A stretch of DNA of 62,935 bases, counting the filler, from Craspedostauros australis (lineage: Eukaryota), in the NCBI GenBank assembly GCA_030167865.1. It is 12 parts of 12 records of this genome, joined end to end, with 100 filler letters (N's around TTAATTAATTAA, not from the genome) between each part and the next. Parts side by side here need not be neighbours in the genome. Positions count along the whole stretch, not along the records: positions 26,630 to 52,813 come from JALAGF010002743.1; 11 more parts are not named here. The stretch is one strand, 5' to 3'. Shown piece after piece: positions 34,788 to 47,764 of the stretch. The position numbers were made by a program, and so were the translations under genes. The notes beneath the pieces were generated by a model. It saw nothing but the letters and a program-made list of their open reading frames with translations. It was not told where the DNA came from and did no database searches. Every line of letters begins with the position of its first letter. The stretch's first letter is position 1.

Positions 34788-37700
34788 ACGCGGTGAACGA
34801 CGGGCGAACGATTGAATGGTGCTCTGTCTCCATGATCGCCCCTTCAAGCTGTTTTCGTTTGGCGGGGACATACCTTTGCCTCCCGCTGCATGGCTCCTGC
34901 GCAACAGCATCGCTTTGTCAGAAGCTCAATGAGCTGTCACTTGCAAGAGAGTGACATTGACAGCGATGACGAACGTGGCTATCTCAATGCTCTTTGTGTG
35001 CCAGCACCATTATGATAGATTGTGCGCCTTACCTGCGAGTAATCCAATAGTGAACCTCTCTGTTTCTGTGTGAAGGACTCTTGCGTCTTTTGGGTGGCAG
35101 AGACCTCTCTGTTCTGCTCTGTGTTCTGACGAGCAGCGACATCCTTTGGTTTCGTCCGTGTGGCTTGTTCCTGTGAGACATGCGGTTGCCGTCGCTGTGG
35201 TACCGTGCTGTGAACAGTGATAGAGGGTGCGTTGCCAGGTCGGTATAGCAATGCGATCGCCACAAACATCGCACAGACAGACTTCAAATGCAAGGAAGAG
35301 TCCGACCAGGCAATACAAGATGAGACTCCAACACGCATGTGCGTGCGTGGCAACGGCCAGGAAAGCTGATCTCTGCGCCTCTCCTCCAGAAAACAGCTTC
35401 CACATCCCAGAAACGTTGGATACTTTGTCATTTCTCTGACTCAAGGGAGCCATCGCAGTTGTGGATCCAATTTTGATAGAACAGAGAGACAACGCTAGCA
35501 GAGTGTCTCTGCTTCTCTGGGTGAAGGGTACATCCGCCTTCCCGTTTCTTTCTTGAACCTTGCGGAGCTCTGTGCCGAAATCCTGTCTCGAAGGCCTGAT
35601 TGTCCGCACCGTAGTACCGGCAACGCACAACTACGACAAAAATGCCGCCACAGAGCGTTCTCCTTCGTTCTCTACGCGCATGACCACGTGACAGATTGTT
35701 GTTCAAGTCGTTCGCATTTGTGACCGCGAGGCATGTTTCTTGGAGAAGTCAATCACGTCACGACACTCTGTGCTGGGTCGCACCTTAAAACCGATCAAGT
35801 TGAAGGCGGACTGTTCACAAAGCGCGTTTGTTGAGTTCTTGGCACACCAAAGCAACACGAAGGCAGCAGCGGTCTGTGGTTGCGTGGAAGAATCTCGATA
35901 CACGTCACGGCCACAAGATCCCCTCGGGTTATGTCTATGTCTGATGGGTCGGCTAATCGGTCAGGCAGTCGGTTCTCTCTTGATGTCTGCGAGCCGCGAA
36001 TGGCTCCAGTGCACACAGACCAGAGTACACACGAAAGCAGAGAGAACAACGAAGCACGAGGCGGATGAAGCCAAGAGGTCAACGAGTATCAACCAAACAG
36101 AAAGAAAGAGGGCCAACAGAGTGCACAGAGCAGTACAGTAGCACAGCATAGCGCAAAGCGAACTGCAATGTCGCGCATTCTTCGCGTTCTTGCTCTTGAG
36201 GCAGCACGACAAGAAAAGATAGGATGAGATAGTTGCTGTCATCTCGTCTGTGATGGACGACCTGTAAGAGCAACCAAGATCTACACTGGATGCGGCTGAT
36301 CTGAGAGAGCGATCCGTGAGCAGGGCGCTTGGAAGCTGCCTCTCCCTCCCTCCCTCCGTCCCTCTCTTTATCTAACAGCTATCTCGCTACCAATCTATCA
36401 TAGCTATGCTCTGCTCTGCTCTGCTCTGTGTGTGCGTAACAGTCTTGAAGATTTTGGCAAGAGTTCGTGGCTTGGCGTGGCACTTCGGTTGCTATCGGTC
36501 TTGCCAGAGAACAAGTTTCTCCTCTTTCTGCCTATTCCAGTCCGTCGTTTCTTCCTTCTCAATTCCCGGACGACTCTCAACACGATGGACATGAGCGCGT
36601 GTGACATCCTTCTCCATCGACCAAGTTACCTCTCGCTGTCGTCGCCTGTGCTGGTGAGTTTGTGCGAGCTGCGAGCAGGTCCCGCAGCATTCCTCCCCTC
36701 CCCTTTCGGGATCTCTTTTCTCGCTCCTCTGGGCAGCCATGGGATCCTTCGCTCATTCGAATTTCCGTTCCTCGGAAAGAGGCGACTGCGGTTAGCTCCT
36801 CGATTCACAAAAGCCCAACACCATCCTTCGTCGTTGTCGACATGCTCTGCATCGCGTGGTGCGAGTTCGTCAAGCAGGGCGCTCTGTGTGCTCTGCGAGT
36901 ACGGGCAGCGGGTGGTGAAGGACCCGGCGGGGATGTTCTTCGGCAAGGCCGAAACCCAACGATGATTTCGCCTCCCAGGATCGGATTATGTCCGTTAGTG
37001 ATCGTTGGGGGATCCCATTGTGATCTGTTTCTGTCCACATGTGATGTCATCGTGAAGTATGTTTCCGCTTTTGTTGCCGAGTCCGAAGCTCAATCGAGGT
37101 TTACGGGCGGTGCCACTAATGAAAGTGCGCCTCTGTTTCGTTACCGTGCGCGTACCTGCGTGACAAGATGCAGAGAGAGGACACACATCCACAAGCTATT
37201 GGCGGTTTGCGTGGCTTCAACTGTACACGTACCCACCATGTTCCACGCAAGGCTCGTACTCCACGAGATCGTACTCCGTTGATGCTATCACCCACGCCCG
37301 CCAAACAGCGCGAAAGTGTGAGTGTCTGGGGGAGGAAAGCTCGCGCAGTTTGCTGTACAAGACCGTGCAGCCTCCCTTCCGCCGTGGTGTTCGGCGTTGT
37401 TGGGAAGGGAATGTTCTGCCGAGCCTTTCCACCAAATATTTGGTCCGTTTGACTGGTGTTCTCATTGCAACTTCAACTCCTTTGGGGAGGCTGGCAGTGC
37501 CCTGTGCTCCCCAAACAGAACGTGGCAACGTGGGCGTGAGTGCGCGAAAAGGCATGGTGCTGGTGAAGCCAAGCGGGGAGGAATGGACCACAACGAGTTT
37601 GCGGCAACGGAGTGCTGGCACGCTACCAGTACACGTACGAGGATGCGTGGAGAAGAGGGAGGTGGTGTTGTCTGTGTCCACCTCCTCCTCACAAAAAACA

Positions 37701-37802
37701 AACTGCGCAAAAGCAAAAGCAATCAAAGCATCTACCACATTCACACGCACAGACACGCAAACCCAAACACGCTCACAACAACAACAACAACAACATTCAA
37801 CA

Positions 37803-38678
37803 ATGACAACAGTAAACGCCACATACGAAAACACCATCGCGACCTTCCAGCCAGTGCTGGACGCCGCCAACAGAGGCGCCGAAGGGTTGGTAATGGGACG
37901 GCACAGCGACGCAAGCCGATGCCTGTCCTGGGCACTCAGCACCGTGAAGCAGCAGCTGAAGGATGTGCGACAGAAGTCGCACCTGACACAGCTCAACAAG
38001 CAGGCACCTGAATGCGGTGATGCCACGAGCATGGAGACGGAGATGGACACGAGCATGGACGAAGCCACCACCGACGGAGCCATCCACCTATCGTGCATCG
38101 ACATCCCAGTGACCGCACTGCCAGCGCAAGACTACGTCCTGTACAACCAAGCGCTGACAGTCTCGTCCAGCAGCCCCGCCGCTGCCCATCCCCAGGAACA
38201 CCAGATGGAGGAGACTGCCGTCCAGGCCCTCTCTTTCGTGCTGCTTCACAACCTGGCCTTGCTGCACCACTTCCAAGCGCTGCAGACGAGAGAATGCGAA
38301 ACCGCCAGACGACAGGCTCTGCTGTCCAGAGCAAAGACCCTGTACGAGAACACTATCCGACTTTGGTCGTCATCGTACATCCAGCCACCGGCACAGGACG
38401 CCGACAGCAGCCACACTGTCACACAGTACGCAGGCATCTGGAACAACCTCGCTCACGTTTGCCTGCTCCTGGGAGAGCACGAGCTCGCGGATCGGTGCTG
38501 GGAGGAGATCCTCCGAGTTGCCAGAGAGGACAGGAGCCAGTCGCAGCATGCCTCGGCTGGCACTTCCGCAGGAAGCAACGCGAACAGCCAGGGCCTGGGA
38601 CATGGTTCATACGGCATCTTCCTGGAGAACATCGTCCACATGATGTGCAAGAGTCATGAGGCAGCTGCCGCAGCGTAG
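37803..38678 (+). CDS. TPR-like helical orphan protein (diatom-type family), ~291 aa
   Basis: ATG at 37803 after a (CAA)n leader. Motifs LHNLALLHH, A..LYE, WNNLAHVCLLLG...A..C and C-terminal AAAAA, shared with 41602-42636. Confidence 0.8.
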   Translation: MTTVNATYENTIATFQPVLDAANRGAEGLVMGRHSDASRCLSWALSTVKQQLKDVRQKSHLTQLNKQAPECGDATSMETEMDTSMDEATTDGAIHLSCIDIPVTALPAQDYVLYNQALTVSSSSPAAAHPQEHQMEETAVQALSFVLLHNLALLHHFQALQTRECETARRQALLSRAKTLYENTIRLWSSSYIQPPAQDADSSHTVTQYAGIWNNLAHVCLLLGEHELADRCWEEILRVAREDRSQSQHASAGTSAGSNANSQGLGHGSYGIFLENIVHMMCKSHEAAAAA

Positions 38679-41526
38679 ATCGCGCTGGTACCTGCTCTCT
38701 TCTGCTGCAACCACTAATGATGTATACATACCAATTAGCATACTAGCTTCACTACTCTATCAGTGCCAAACACAACTAGACTACCTGCTGTCCACGCCAT
38801 TTGGTGAAGTGTAGTGCGCTCTGATCCATCTACTCCGTCCTGTTCCGTGTATCAGAAAAGCTCGCGCGGAACGATGTGGCACCCGCTCTTTCTGTCCACG
38901 AGCACCAGTACGGTACGAGGTAGGAGTCGCATCACCTGGATCTGATTCATCCCAATGTGCCATCCATCTGTATCTGTCTCCTGCGCAAATGGCTGTTTGA
39001 GCTAAGTCTCCTGCCGGCTGCGGCGGCTGTCGCCACTCCATGGACCATACTCTGCACACTTGCACCCATGGCCTGTACTACAACTATAATAGTATGGTAC
39101 TCAGCCTTGCACTGATATTCAGGTCCGCGGCTCATGCCCACGCTCGTGTCATCGACCATCTGCCAATTCACGCATCCACTCGCGCACCCCCGTGCATACT
39201 CCAGAGGGAGTACAAACTAGGATAGGATGCGAACAAGGATCCTCCTCCCGACCAAGTAGGTACGAAAGGATCGCAAGGTCTTGTCTTCCTCGGTGTCTGC
39301 GAGGTTCCCAGAGCCTTTTCCCGCCTACACTGCCGCTTTCAGCTCCCCGAGGATGACGAACGAGACAATCGAGTGTTCGGATGATGGCGAGGAGCATCCG
39401 CGCTCCGCACAACTTCGGACCCAACCGACGGTACTGGTCTGAGATACGCGTGTGGGTGGCCAACGAGGCAGCCGAACTTGCATGTTCGAATGAGAAGCAT
39501 ATGAAAGCTAGATCCTCCTACATACTTGTACGTACCCGTACTTGCACTCGCGCTGCGTGCAACAAGGAAACCTCTCACGCAACGCTTCCAGTTACTCCTT
39601 CTCCTCGACCCGTGGGAATCTCCGACAGGTTCTTCTGAGCCGCCATCGAGCAACTCGCGAGTGTCACGGAGCCGCTTCTTTGTCTTGCTACTCGCCTTGG
39701 CTGAGGGGGATGGGCTGGTCTGCGCGGCCGGGACAGGGTGCTGCTTCCAAAGAGAGAGAGAGAGAGGGCAGACGAGGGCATTGAGTGATGCGTCCAAGTT
39801 TGCGATAGCGTGTTCGTCCTTTGTCAATGCAGTCGTCGATGCAGTCAGTGAAGGTCAACGCGCTTGGCAAAACTTATCACAGTTCGTTATGACAAAATCG
39901 GCTTCTGTCGCCCGCGTTGATCGCTCTGCACACCCTTCGTTTCTCCTAAAACAGCGACTTAACACAGAAGGCCCCATGCTCGCGACCATCCTTGCACATT
40001 CACTAGTATTAGTACCAATGGGAAGTCTTTGTGTTGTGGCCGCGAAGGTTGAAACTGCTCCATGTCTGCTGCGGCGAATGGAAGTATCACGCGAGAGGCC
40101 ATTTGCTTTGGAAGAAGAGGAGGGGAGCCCAAAGCGCTATGTCCACACCCAAGACACGCATTTCCATCCAATCTGTGCCCGGTTGTTGGTCCCAAGTCGA
40201 CTGGCCTCCCCAGACACGACAACTGGTTGCGTCTCTAGAAATGGTTGCAAATGGTGGGTATTAGGTTGCCACACATAATAGTCTTCTGCTCACACGTGCG
40301 CGAACAATTCCATACCAAGCAACACATCCAAGGATCGTAATAGCACAATAACATGACAGAGCGTGGTGACAGAACAGAGCAATCTACTCCGGCCGATCCC
40401 GAACTTCCTTCTCCGCAGCAGAGCCCGATACTTCTGGACTCCCCGCAGAAGCCACGAAGGCGTAAAGAGACAGTTCTACCCGCACATCCACGTTAGTAGA
40501 AGTTGTTTCTTCCTTCCAACCTCAATCATCTCCGACCAAGCGCACCATATATAGATCGTACGAGCAATCAGCACCCACCAACACCACCCAGAGGCGGATT
40601 GCGCAATAGTAGTACGTTCTATTTTCTGCAGAGCCTGTACTCAGCAATGCTCCAATTGCTCGTGGAATGTGAGCTTACAAGCTTATGGCAGCCCCATGCA
40701 AACTAACTCAAAGAAAGGTCGAATTGCGCTCTTCGCTTGGCTCTCTCGACGTGTGAGTTGTCCTTCGTCGTCCCTTGATCATTCGGCCGGCACCTTGTGA
40801 CTGATTCTCCCTGCACAAAAGACCCTTCCGCAAACCAAATTCGCGGAGGCCGGTTGTGCGATCTGCTGGCGTAGCTGTTGTCCTGGTCCTTCTGGTGGGC
40901 AACCGATACAAAGACACATTGTGCATCAAGACGATGCATGTATTGCACGAGCTATGGTACGGAGCGGAGCGGATGACAATTTGGACGCACCGACATACCT
41001 ACTTGTAGTGTGGCCGCGCTTCCAACACGGAGATCAACTTCCACCTCTCCACAAGTATCACAAGATCGTCGTCAACCCTTTCGCGCGCTTGCGAGTAGAT
41101 GGTGGACCGGAGTAATGGAGCTTTTCTGGCATCGTGTGTTCTTCTTCCTTGGTGGATCTCTTCGTTCGTTGGTGCTCGACACACCAGGCGCGGGCCATGA
41201 CGACAACAGAACTGAGAAGAGGACTCTACTCTCAGTCGTACTCTACTTTCAGTCGTACTCTACTATCAGTCGTACTCTGCTCGATCTGACACCATGTCCC
41301 ATGACACAGGCGGTCGAGTCGACGAAGTCCCGTGCGCAGCTGATTCTCCACAAGTCGAGGCCGTCCAACTGCCCTCACCACACAAACATGTATCTATTGT
41401 GTAGGTCGTGCTTTACGTAGAAGATGTACCACACATGTACATACACAGCACAGCAACAAAGATGAGGGCGGCAGTATCCACCATCTTCTCGTACATCCCA
41501 TCCCATCCCATCCCATCACGAACACA

Positions 41527-41557
<31 letters not shown>

Positions 41558-41601
41558 CAACAACAAAAGTAAAGCCATCAACACTTCTCTCTACTTCATG
41601 C

Positions 41602-42636
41602 ATGCTGCATAGTGGACGAAGAGCAACACCAGCACCAACACCAACACCAACATCGATAGAAGCAGCAGAAATCAGGCTCAACATCAGCATGATGAACCCA
41701 GCGTCCCTGATCAAGCACATCAACGACGGTGGTCAGCAGCTCAGCGACGGCGATCTCATGGGTGCGCACGCCACGTACCATTCCACGTTGGCAACGATCG
41801 GAGATCTCCTGGACGAGCTGGCGAACTCACCACAGCGGCGCACCCGCGCTTACAGTCCAACGCCATCGGCCGATCAGAACGCATGCCCCTCCGGTCAGGA
41901 CGTGATGGACGCGCTGCATTGCACGTACCTGCCAAACCATGATCTGCGGCCACGACGGCTATGCGTGAACATCTTCACGATTCATCCTTCGTACAGCGCA
42001 AGCCTCACGGCATGGTCGCCGTGGGAAGAGATGGTGTTTCTGAAGACCTTGTTTCAGATCATAATGTTCAACATCGCACTACTGCACCACGTACAAGCCG
42101 CGCAGATACTTCACGATTACGCTGCACAGCAGTGTACATCCAAGCAGACGACGAAAGGGGCGCAAGAGGAGAGCTGGGATGCGCCTGGCACAGATTTGTA
42201 CGAGGCCGAACAAGACGTGGACCCCAATCCGGTTTGCATCCAACTGCTGCAACAGTCGATCGATCTGTATCGTGGCGCGTTGGCGCTTTCCGTGGCAACA
42301 CCATCGCGGGGCGACTGCCAGCCAGAATGGCAAACCTTGAGCGGACCTGGTCCATCCCATCCGAACGCAACGCCCCTGATCACATCCTCACTCAACAATC
42401 TCATGGATATAAATCTAATGCTGGGCCGACGGAACGAGGCACATTGTTGCCTGGAGAAGCTGTTCATCGCGGTCCTTCACTTCGAGAAATTGAACACTGG
42501 TGTGCCATCGGCCTCGTCGTCAATACAAGCTGAGCACGTCGTTTGTGACCGATGCGACAACGTCCATGAACTGTTCTGGTGCAACATCAGCGAACTGCTT
42601 TGGGAGCACAAGCCATGCACGGCTCCTTGCGCGTAG
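41602..42636 (+). CDS. TPR-like helical orphan protein (diatom-type family), up to 344 aa
   Basis: Motifs MFNIALLHH, SIDLY, LNNLMDINLMLG...A.CC and C-terminal TAPCA. Preceded by a (CATCC)n/(CAG)n/(CAA)n leader. The start could be 41689. Confidence 0.78.
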   Translation: MLHSGRRATPAPTPTPTSIEAAEIRLNISMMNPASLIKHINDGGQQLSDGDLMGAHATYHSTLATIGDLLDELANSPQRRTRAYSPTPSADQNACPSGQDVMDALHCTYLPNHDLRPRRLCVNIFTIHPSYSASLTAWSPWEEMVFLKTLFQIIMFNIALLHHVQAAQILHDYAAQQCTSKQTTKGAQEESWDAPGTDLYEAEQDVDPNPVCIQLLQQSIDLYRGALALSVATPSRGDCQPEWQTLSGPGPSHPNATPLITSSLNNLMDINLMLGRRNEAHCCLEKLFIAVLHFEKLNTGVPSASSSIQAEHVVCDRCDNVHELFWCNISELLWEHKPCTAPCA

Positions 42637-43895
42637 CCTTGGGTCCTGTTGGTTTGGACTGAAAGCAACCAGGAGCAGGAGACGACATTGGGAGGGGACA
42701 TTCCAATACTCCAATAGACGCAACCTCATGTATTTACTTAGAAGAATGCAAGACGAGACAGACTCAATCGATTCCGTCCGAGTAAATGAGAGAGCAGAGA
42801 GTAGAAAAGAGTCCTCTATTTGTATTTCCCACAGGTGGTCGTATTTTGTATGTGCTCTCCAGTGGTAGTGGTTTGATGAGGAACGATCTGGGGGGAGAGT
42901 CTGCATTGGTATGTACAATCTATGGTACCCCTACACGTATGTACGCGCATGAACACGCTCCACTTGCGTGGAACAATGCTCCGCGGAGTACGATCGACCA
43001 CCAATGGCACATGTAGCTCGTACGCCAAACTCGCGCATCTGTTCTCTTCTTGATATGATCTATCTTTGATTCGTAGATTGACGTTGATGACGTCACCAAC
43101 GACAACCAGAACCTGATGCAGTTGAATGCGACAAATCATGACGTCATCAAGAACATTCATCCATCCAATGACATCCCTCGTGCTGTACGCTTGTCTGTGA
43201 ACTTGGGAGACTGCCGATACGGAACGAAGTTCGGTGGCGTCAAGACGTGTCTGCGGTCGTGTCCGAAACACTCGACAGAGAAACAAACAAGGAAAAAACG
43301 GTTGGAGATTACACGGGCGAACGAACACACGAGGCAAACCCGAAGTCGCCAGACGCGGGACATCAAGCCAAGGCGGAGGGAAGGAGATAGAGAGGGTCGC
43401 CATCTTGTTGTCTCTGGACGGAGGAGAAACACATCGCACACAACCATCACAACAAAACCACAATCCGCTCAGAACCAAAGTGAAGCGAAGCAACCCAAAG
43501 AAACCAAAGAAAGGGAAGACAAGAGCCAAAGGAAGCAAGGAAGAGGTGAACTATCATCATCATTATCATCAGCAACAACTGCAACAACCGCAACAGTGCC
43601 AACAGAGAGACAGAGAAAGAAAGAAGCATCCGCAATCAATCAAGCAGAAGATCGCCGTCAATCGCTGTGACTCGCACACACACGCACACACAAACAGGCA
43701 AGACCAGAGGATCCCATTTCGCGAAACACAATTCCGAGCACAAAACCCCAAAAAGCACGACACAACCACAGCCGCTCACGACACTTCGCAGAAACCAACA
43801 CAAACGCAAACACGATCGACGGTTGCCAGGCCTGACTCCCTCCAAGCGACAAGCCGCAAACGACAGACACAAACGACAGCAACCACAATAACAAC

Positions 43896-46191
43896 ATGTC
43901 CGGATCCGCTGCAATGGCGTCTGATGACGAAGAAGAGTACGAGTACGAATACTCGGATGACGAAGACAATGACTACGAGTACACAGACGACGATGATGTC
44001 GTCATGGGGAACTCCAGCAACCATCGCTCCAGCAAGGCGGCCAGCTACCTCTCCTCCCCAGACATGGATTGGAGCGCGACGAACAGCGGCGGCAACCCAA
44101 ACGCGCCGCCCGTTTCAGGAGGTGCGTATCAATGTATGCTTGTGGAATGCTTGTGGAGGATAGCATGCAGAGCAACTAGAGAAAGCAGAGCTATTCCCTG
44201 CTCTGTGGTCATGGTCGCACTCATTGATCGGCGAAGCTGCGTACGCAGTTCTCCATCTGTCTGCGTTCAATTGAGTTGCTTTGCTTTGTGCGCCAGTGTT
44301 GCAATCCATGTGATCAGCCAACACAAGACCACACGTTGTGCATATACCTTTGTCCATGGTCAAGCATACTTCGTATCACAGCTCGTCGCTCACATTCCAA
44401 TTCCGCATCCATTCCTCTTCCATGTTCTCCGTGTTGCGATTACTTCGCCACATTTTTGCATCGTATCTCACATGTGCGACCTGCTCACTCCATCATCACT
44501 GCATACCCTACATACTGTACGACCATACACACTGATGCACACCGCATTGAAACAATCAACCGATCAACCGATTAAACAACAGCCCAAAAGTCAGGCATCC
44601 GCATGTTGCCATCGGAGGAGTTGGTGCCAGAGATGCGCCGGCGGTTGAAGGACGTCATGGAGGTTCTGGACATCCCATCAGCCGCGGCCATGGTCCTTCT
44701 GCGGAAACACAAATGGTCCAAGGAGGCGCTGCTGGAAGTCTTCTACTCATCCGACAAACTCCTCAAGGAATGCGGCGTGCACAACCGATGCAGCCCAAAG
44801 CCACAACCCAAACCAGGCAGCTCCCTCGGCTCATGCGGAATCTGCTACGATGACATGACGACCGAATCATCGCTGACCATGCCGTGCGGCCACACATTCT
44901 GTCTCCTGTGCTGGAAGGATTTTTGCGCCAATGCCATCAACGAGGGACCAGCGTGCGTGGAAACCACCACCTGTCCGCAGGCCTCGTGCAACGAGCTGGT
45001 GACGGAGGTCGAGATGGAGGCAAGCCTCAAGTCGGGAGCAACGCCCTCGACGCAAGCCAGGACCGACAAGCTCCTGCAAAAGTACTCCACCTACCAGCTG
45101 CGATCCTTCGTCGAATCCAACAGACTCACCCGGTGGTGCCCTGGAAAGGGATGCGAATTCGTTGCCTGCGCCTCGTCGCAAGCCTGCTTGGAGACCATCC
45201 AGGATCGGACCACCCAGTGCCACTCCTGCACGACCGCCTTCTGCGTTGTTTGCGGAGAGGAGCCGCACGCACCATGCGCATGCAAGGACGTCACGCGGTG
45301 GAAGGACAAATGCCGCAACGAATCCGAGACCGCCAACTGGATCCTCGCCAATACCAAATCATGCCCCAAGTGCGTTTCCAGAATCGAGAAGAATCAGGGC
45401 TGCAACCACATGACCTGCGGACGCTGCAAGCACGAGTTCTGCTGGATCTGCATGGGCGACTGGAACAACCACGGTGCCAACACCGGCGGCTACTACAAAT
45501 GCAACAAGTTCGATTCCAAGACCGGCGGCGGCGTCGAGGATCAGTCGGAAGCAGCGCGCGCCAAGCGAGAGCTCGATCGGTACCTGCACTACTACAAGCG
45601 CTATCATGCACATGACGAAGCCGAGAAATTTGCGCGCAAGCAGCTCCAGGAGACGGAGGCCAGGATGGTCATCCTCCAGGAATCGTCCAGCAACTCCAAG
45701 TGGGCCGACGTGGAATTCTTGAAAGCGGCCAACGAACAGCTTGTGGAATGCCGCCACGTGCTCAAGTACACGTACGTCTACGCCTACTACTTTGGCGCAT
45801 CGCCCAGCATGCAGAAGGAACGATTCGAATATCACCAGGAAATGTTGGAGCGATTCACGGAAACCCTGTCAGAGCTGTCGGAGAAGCCAGTGGCTGCGAT
45901 GGACCGAACCGAGGTCGTCAACACGGTACGTCGTGGTGGTAGTGTTGATCGTGTTGACCGTGTGTGTGCAGTGTGTGGAGTACGGTATTGGCTACAAGCT
46001 CATTTTCGCAACACATTGCAGAGACTGAGAATCAGATTCTCATCATTCTCACCAATTCGCCCTTCCTCAACTCGGCTCGGCTCTGTTTCACTTCCTTCTT
46101 GACTAAAACAACACACACACAGACACGCGTCGTTGATCGTTTCATGCGCAATATCCTCAAATACGTGGAGGAGGGCATGGAAGAGGCATGA
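43896..46191 (+). CDS. ARI: Ariadne-family RBR E3 ubiquitin ligase; exons 43896-44121, 44583-45925, 46123-46191
   Basis: Acidic N-terminus, RING1 (CGIC...CGHTFCLLC), IBR (WCPGKGC...FCVVCGEEPHAPC), RING2 (CPKC...IEKNQGCNHMTC...FCWIC), Ariadne domain (RYLHYYKRY, LKYTYVYAYY). Two GT-AG introns keep the frame; an alternative in-frame acceptor exists at 44594. Confidence 0.93.
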
Positions 46192-46585
46192 GCAGGCAAC
46201 CGCTTGCGCGCTCTGTTATGCCAACAGCAACAACAATAATTCAAACTACATGCGGCACTGCCTTCTGCCAATGAAGAGGTGTGCCTTCATACCTTCAATC
46301 CGAACAAAAATCGATATAGTATAGAATACCATACCATACCACAGAACCATTTTGGCCTCTGGTGATCGCAACATGTCCATTCGCGTTGAGTATGTATGGT
46401 TCGGTGCTTACTTCGTTTGCGAGCTGCCGAGCAAGTTATCGTCTGGGAAGATAGGTACTGGCGTTTGCGGCGCACTTCTTTCTTTTTCCGAAACAGCACC
46501 ACACAACAACGTGGACGGACAAATCGTGTTTCAAGTAAATAGTGAGTATAAACAATTCGAGTCATGGATACGACAACACGAACTA

Positions 46586-46657
46586 GTCTCCTTGGTCTAG
46601 AGGTATGATTTCTGCTTTGGGTGCAGAAGGTCCCGGGTTCGATTCCCGGAGGGGACC
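46586..46657 (+). tRNA. tRNA-Pro (anticodon UGG)
   Basis: 72-nt cloverleaf: acceptor GTCTCCT/AGGGGAC, anticodon arm TCTGC-TTTGGGT-GCAGA, T arm CCGGG-TTCGATT-CCCGG; TTTT just downstream. Confidence 0.97.
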
Positions 46658-47435
46658 CCCTTTTGCCAATCTTCACACTTTTACCTACAAGCTCAGCAAG
46701 TCACAAAATGCGTGGTGGCTGCTCGATAGATAGTCCCGCTCACACCTCTTCACCAACGCTCTGCTCACAAAAGCAGACGATCGAGTCGGAAGTACCAGAG
46801 AGACTGGGATCTGGCACGTGGTTTGGGTATCCGTCTCAGGAGCGAAGAATGTGAAAACGCAGCTTTGGAAGAGGAATGGGCGACTCCTTCGGCGACGCTG
46901 CGTGATTTCATTTGGTGAAGGCGCTGTGTCGTGATGGTGGAGATTCCCCGCTGGACCTGGCGACCCCATGGCAACTGGGGTGTGCAGTTGCTGCGAGTCA
47001 CTCAGCCGTTCTGTTGGGCGCGTTGGCGCTTGTTCTTGTTGAATTGAAACCCAATCACCCTCTCGGACGATCGTGCTACACTGGACGCACGCCTGGTCGC
47101 AGATCGCGCTGTTCCCATCGAAAGGACACGAAGTCTGCCTTGCGACGCAGTCGCCTCACGAGCTTGGCGATCAACTTCGAGTTCCTGTCATCGTCCTCAT
47201 GGCAATTGGGCAGACCTCGCATACGATTATGAAATGCAGAGATGCGAGATCATCGTACAACTAACCTATTCCATCCGCCACCATTGGCGTTGGTGATATC
47301 CATGACATCGGATGGCGAGGCGACGCATTTCCTTCCTGACAAACAAGAGATAAGCTGGCATTGATCTCAATTCATACCTTCAACAAACAAAACATATTAT
47401 AAAACACCATTTCTTCCCCACAGAAACAACGGACT

Positions 47436-47507
47436 GTCTCCTTGGTCTAGAGGTATGATTTCTGCTTTGGGTGCAGAAGGTCCCGGGTTCGATTCCCGGA
47501 GGGGACC
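47436..47507 (+). tRNA. tRNA-Pro (anticodon UGG), identical second copy
   Basis: Same 72-nt sequence as 46586-46657, followed by TTTT. Confidence 0.97.
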
Positions 47508-47764
47508 CTATTTTACTGGTTTTGCAAATCCCACCGAGGAATGCGTATTCAATGAGAAGAGCAATCTGTTCTGCGATTGCTCTGCGCTTCTTCGAATGAT
47601 TGCAAGCAGCTCCGTGTCGTTCTATACATTATATAATATTATGTATTGCTATATTCTCGCATTGACCATACACAATGCTCTCTCACTCTGTAATTCAATT
47701 TGATCCCTTTTGACCAAGATAACCCCGACGCAATTCCTCGAAGTCAACGGTTGCCTGGTCGCTC

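Noticed and set aside
43234..44163. 309-aa ORF upstream of and overlapping Ariadne exon 1
   Set aside because: Arises from an A/C-rich 5' leader poor in stop codons; non-ATG start and out of frame with the ARI exon.
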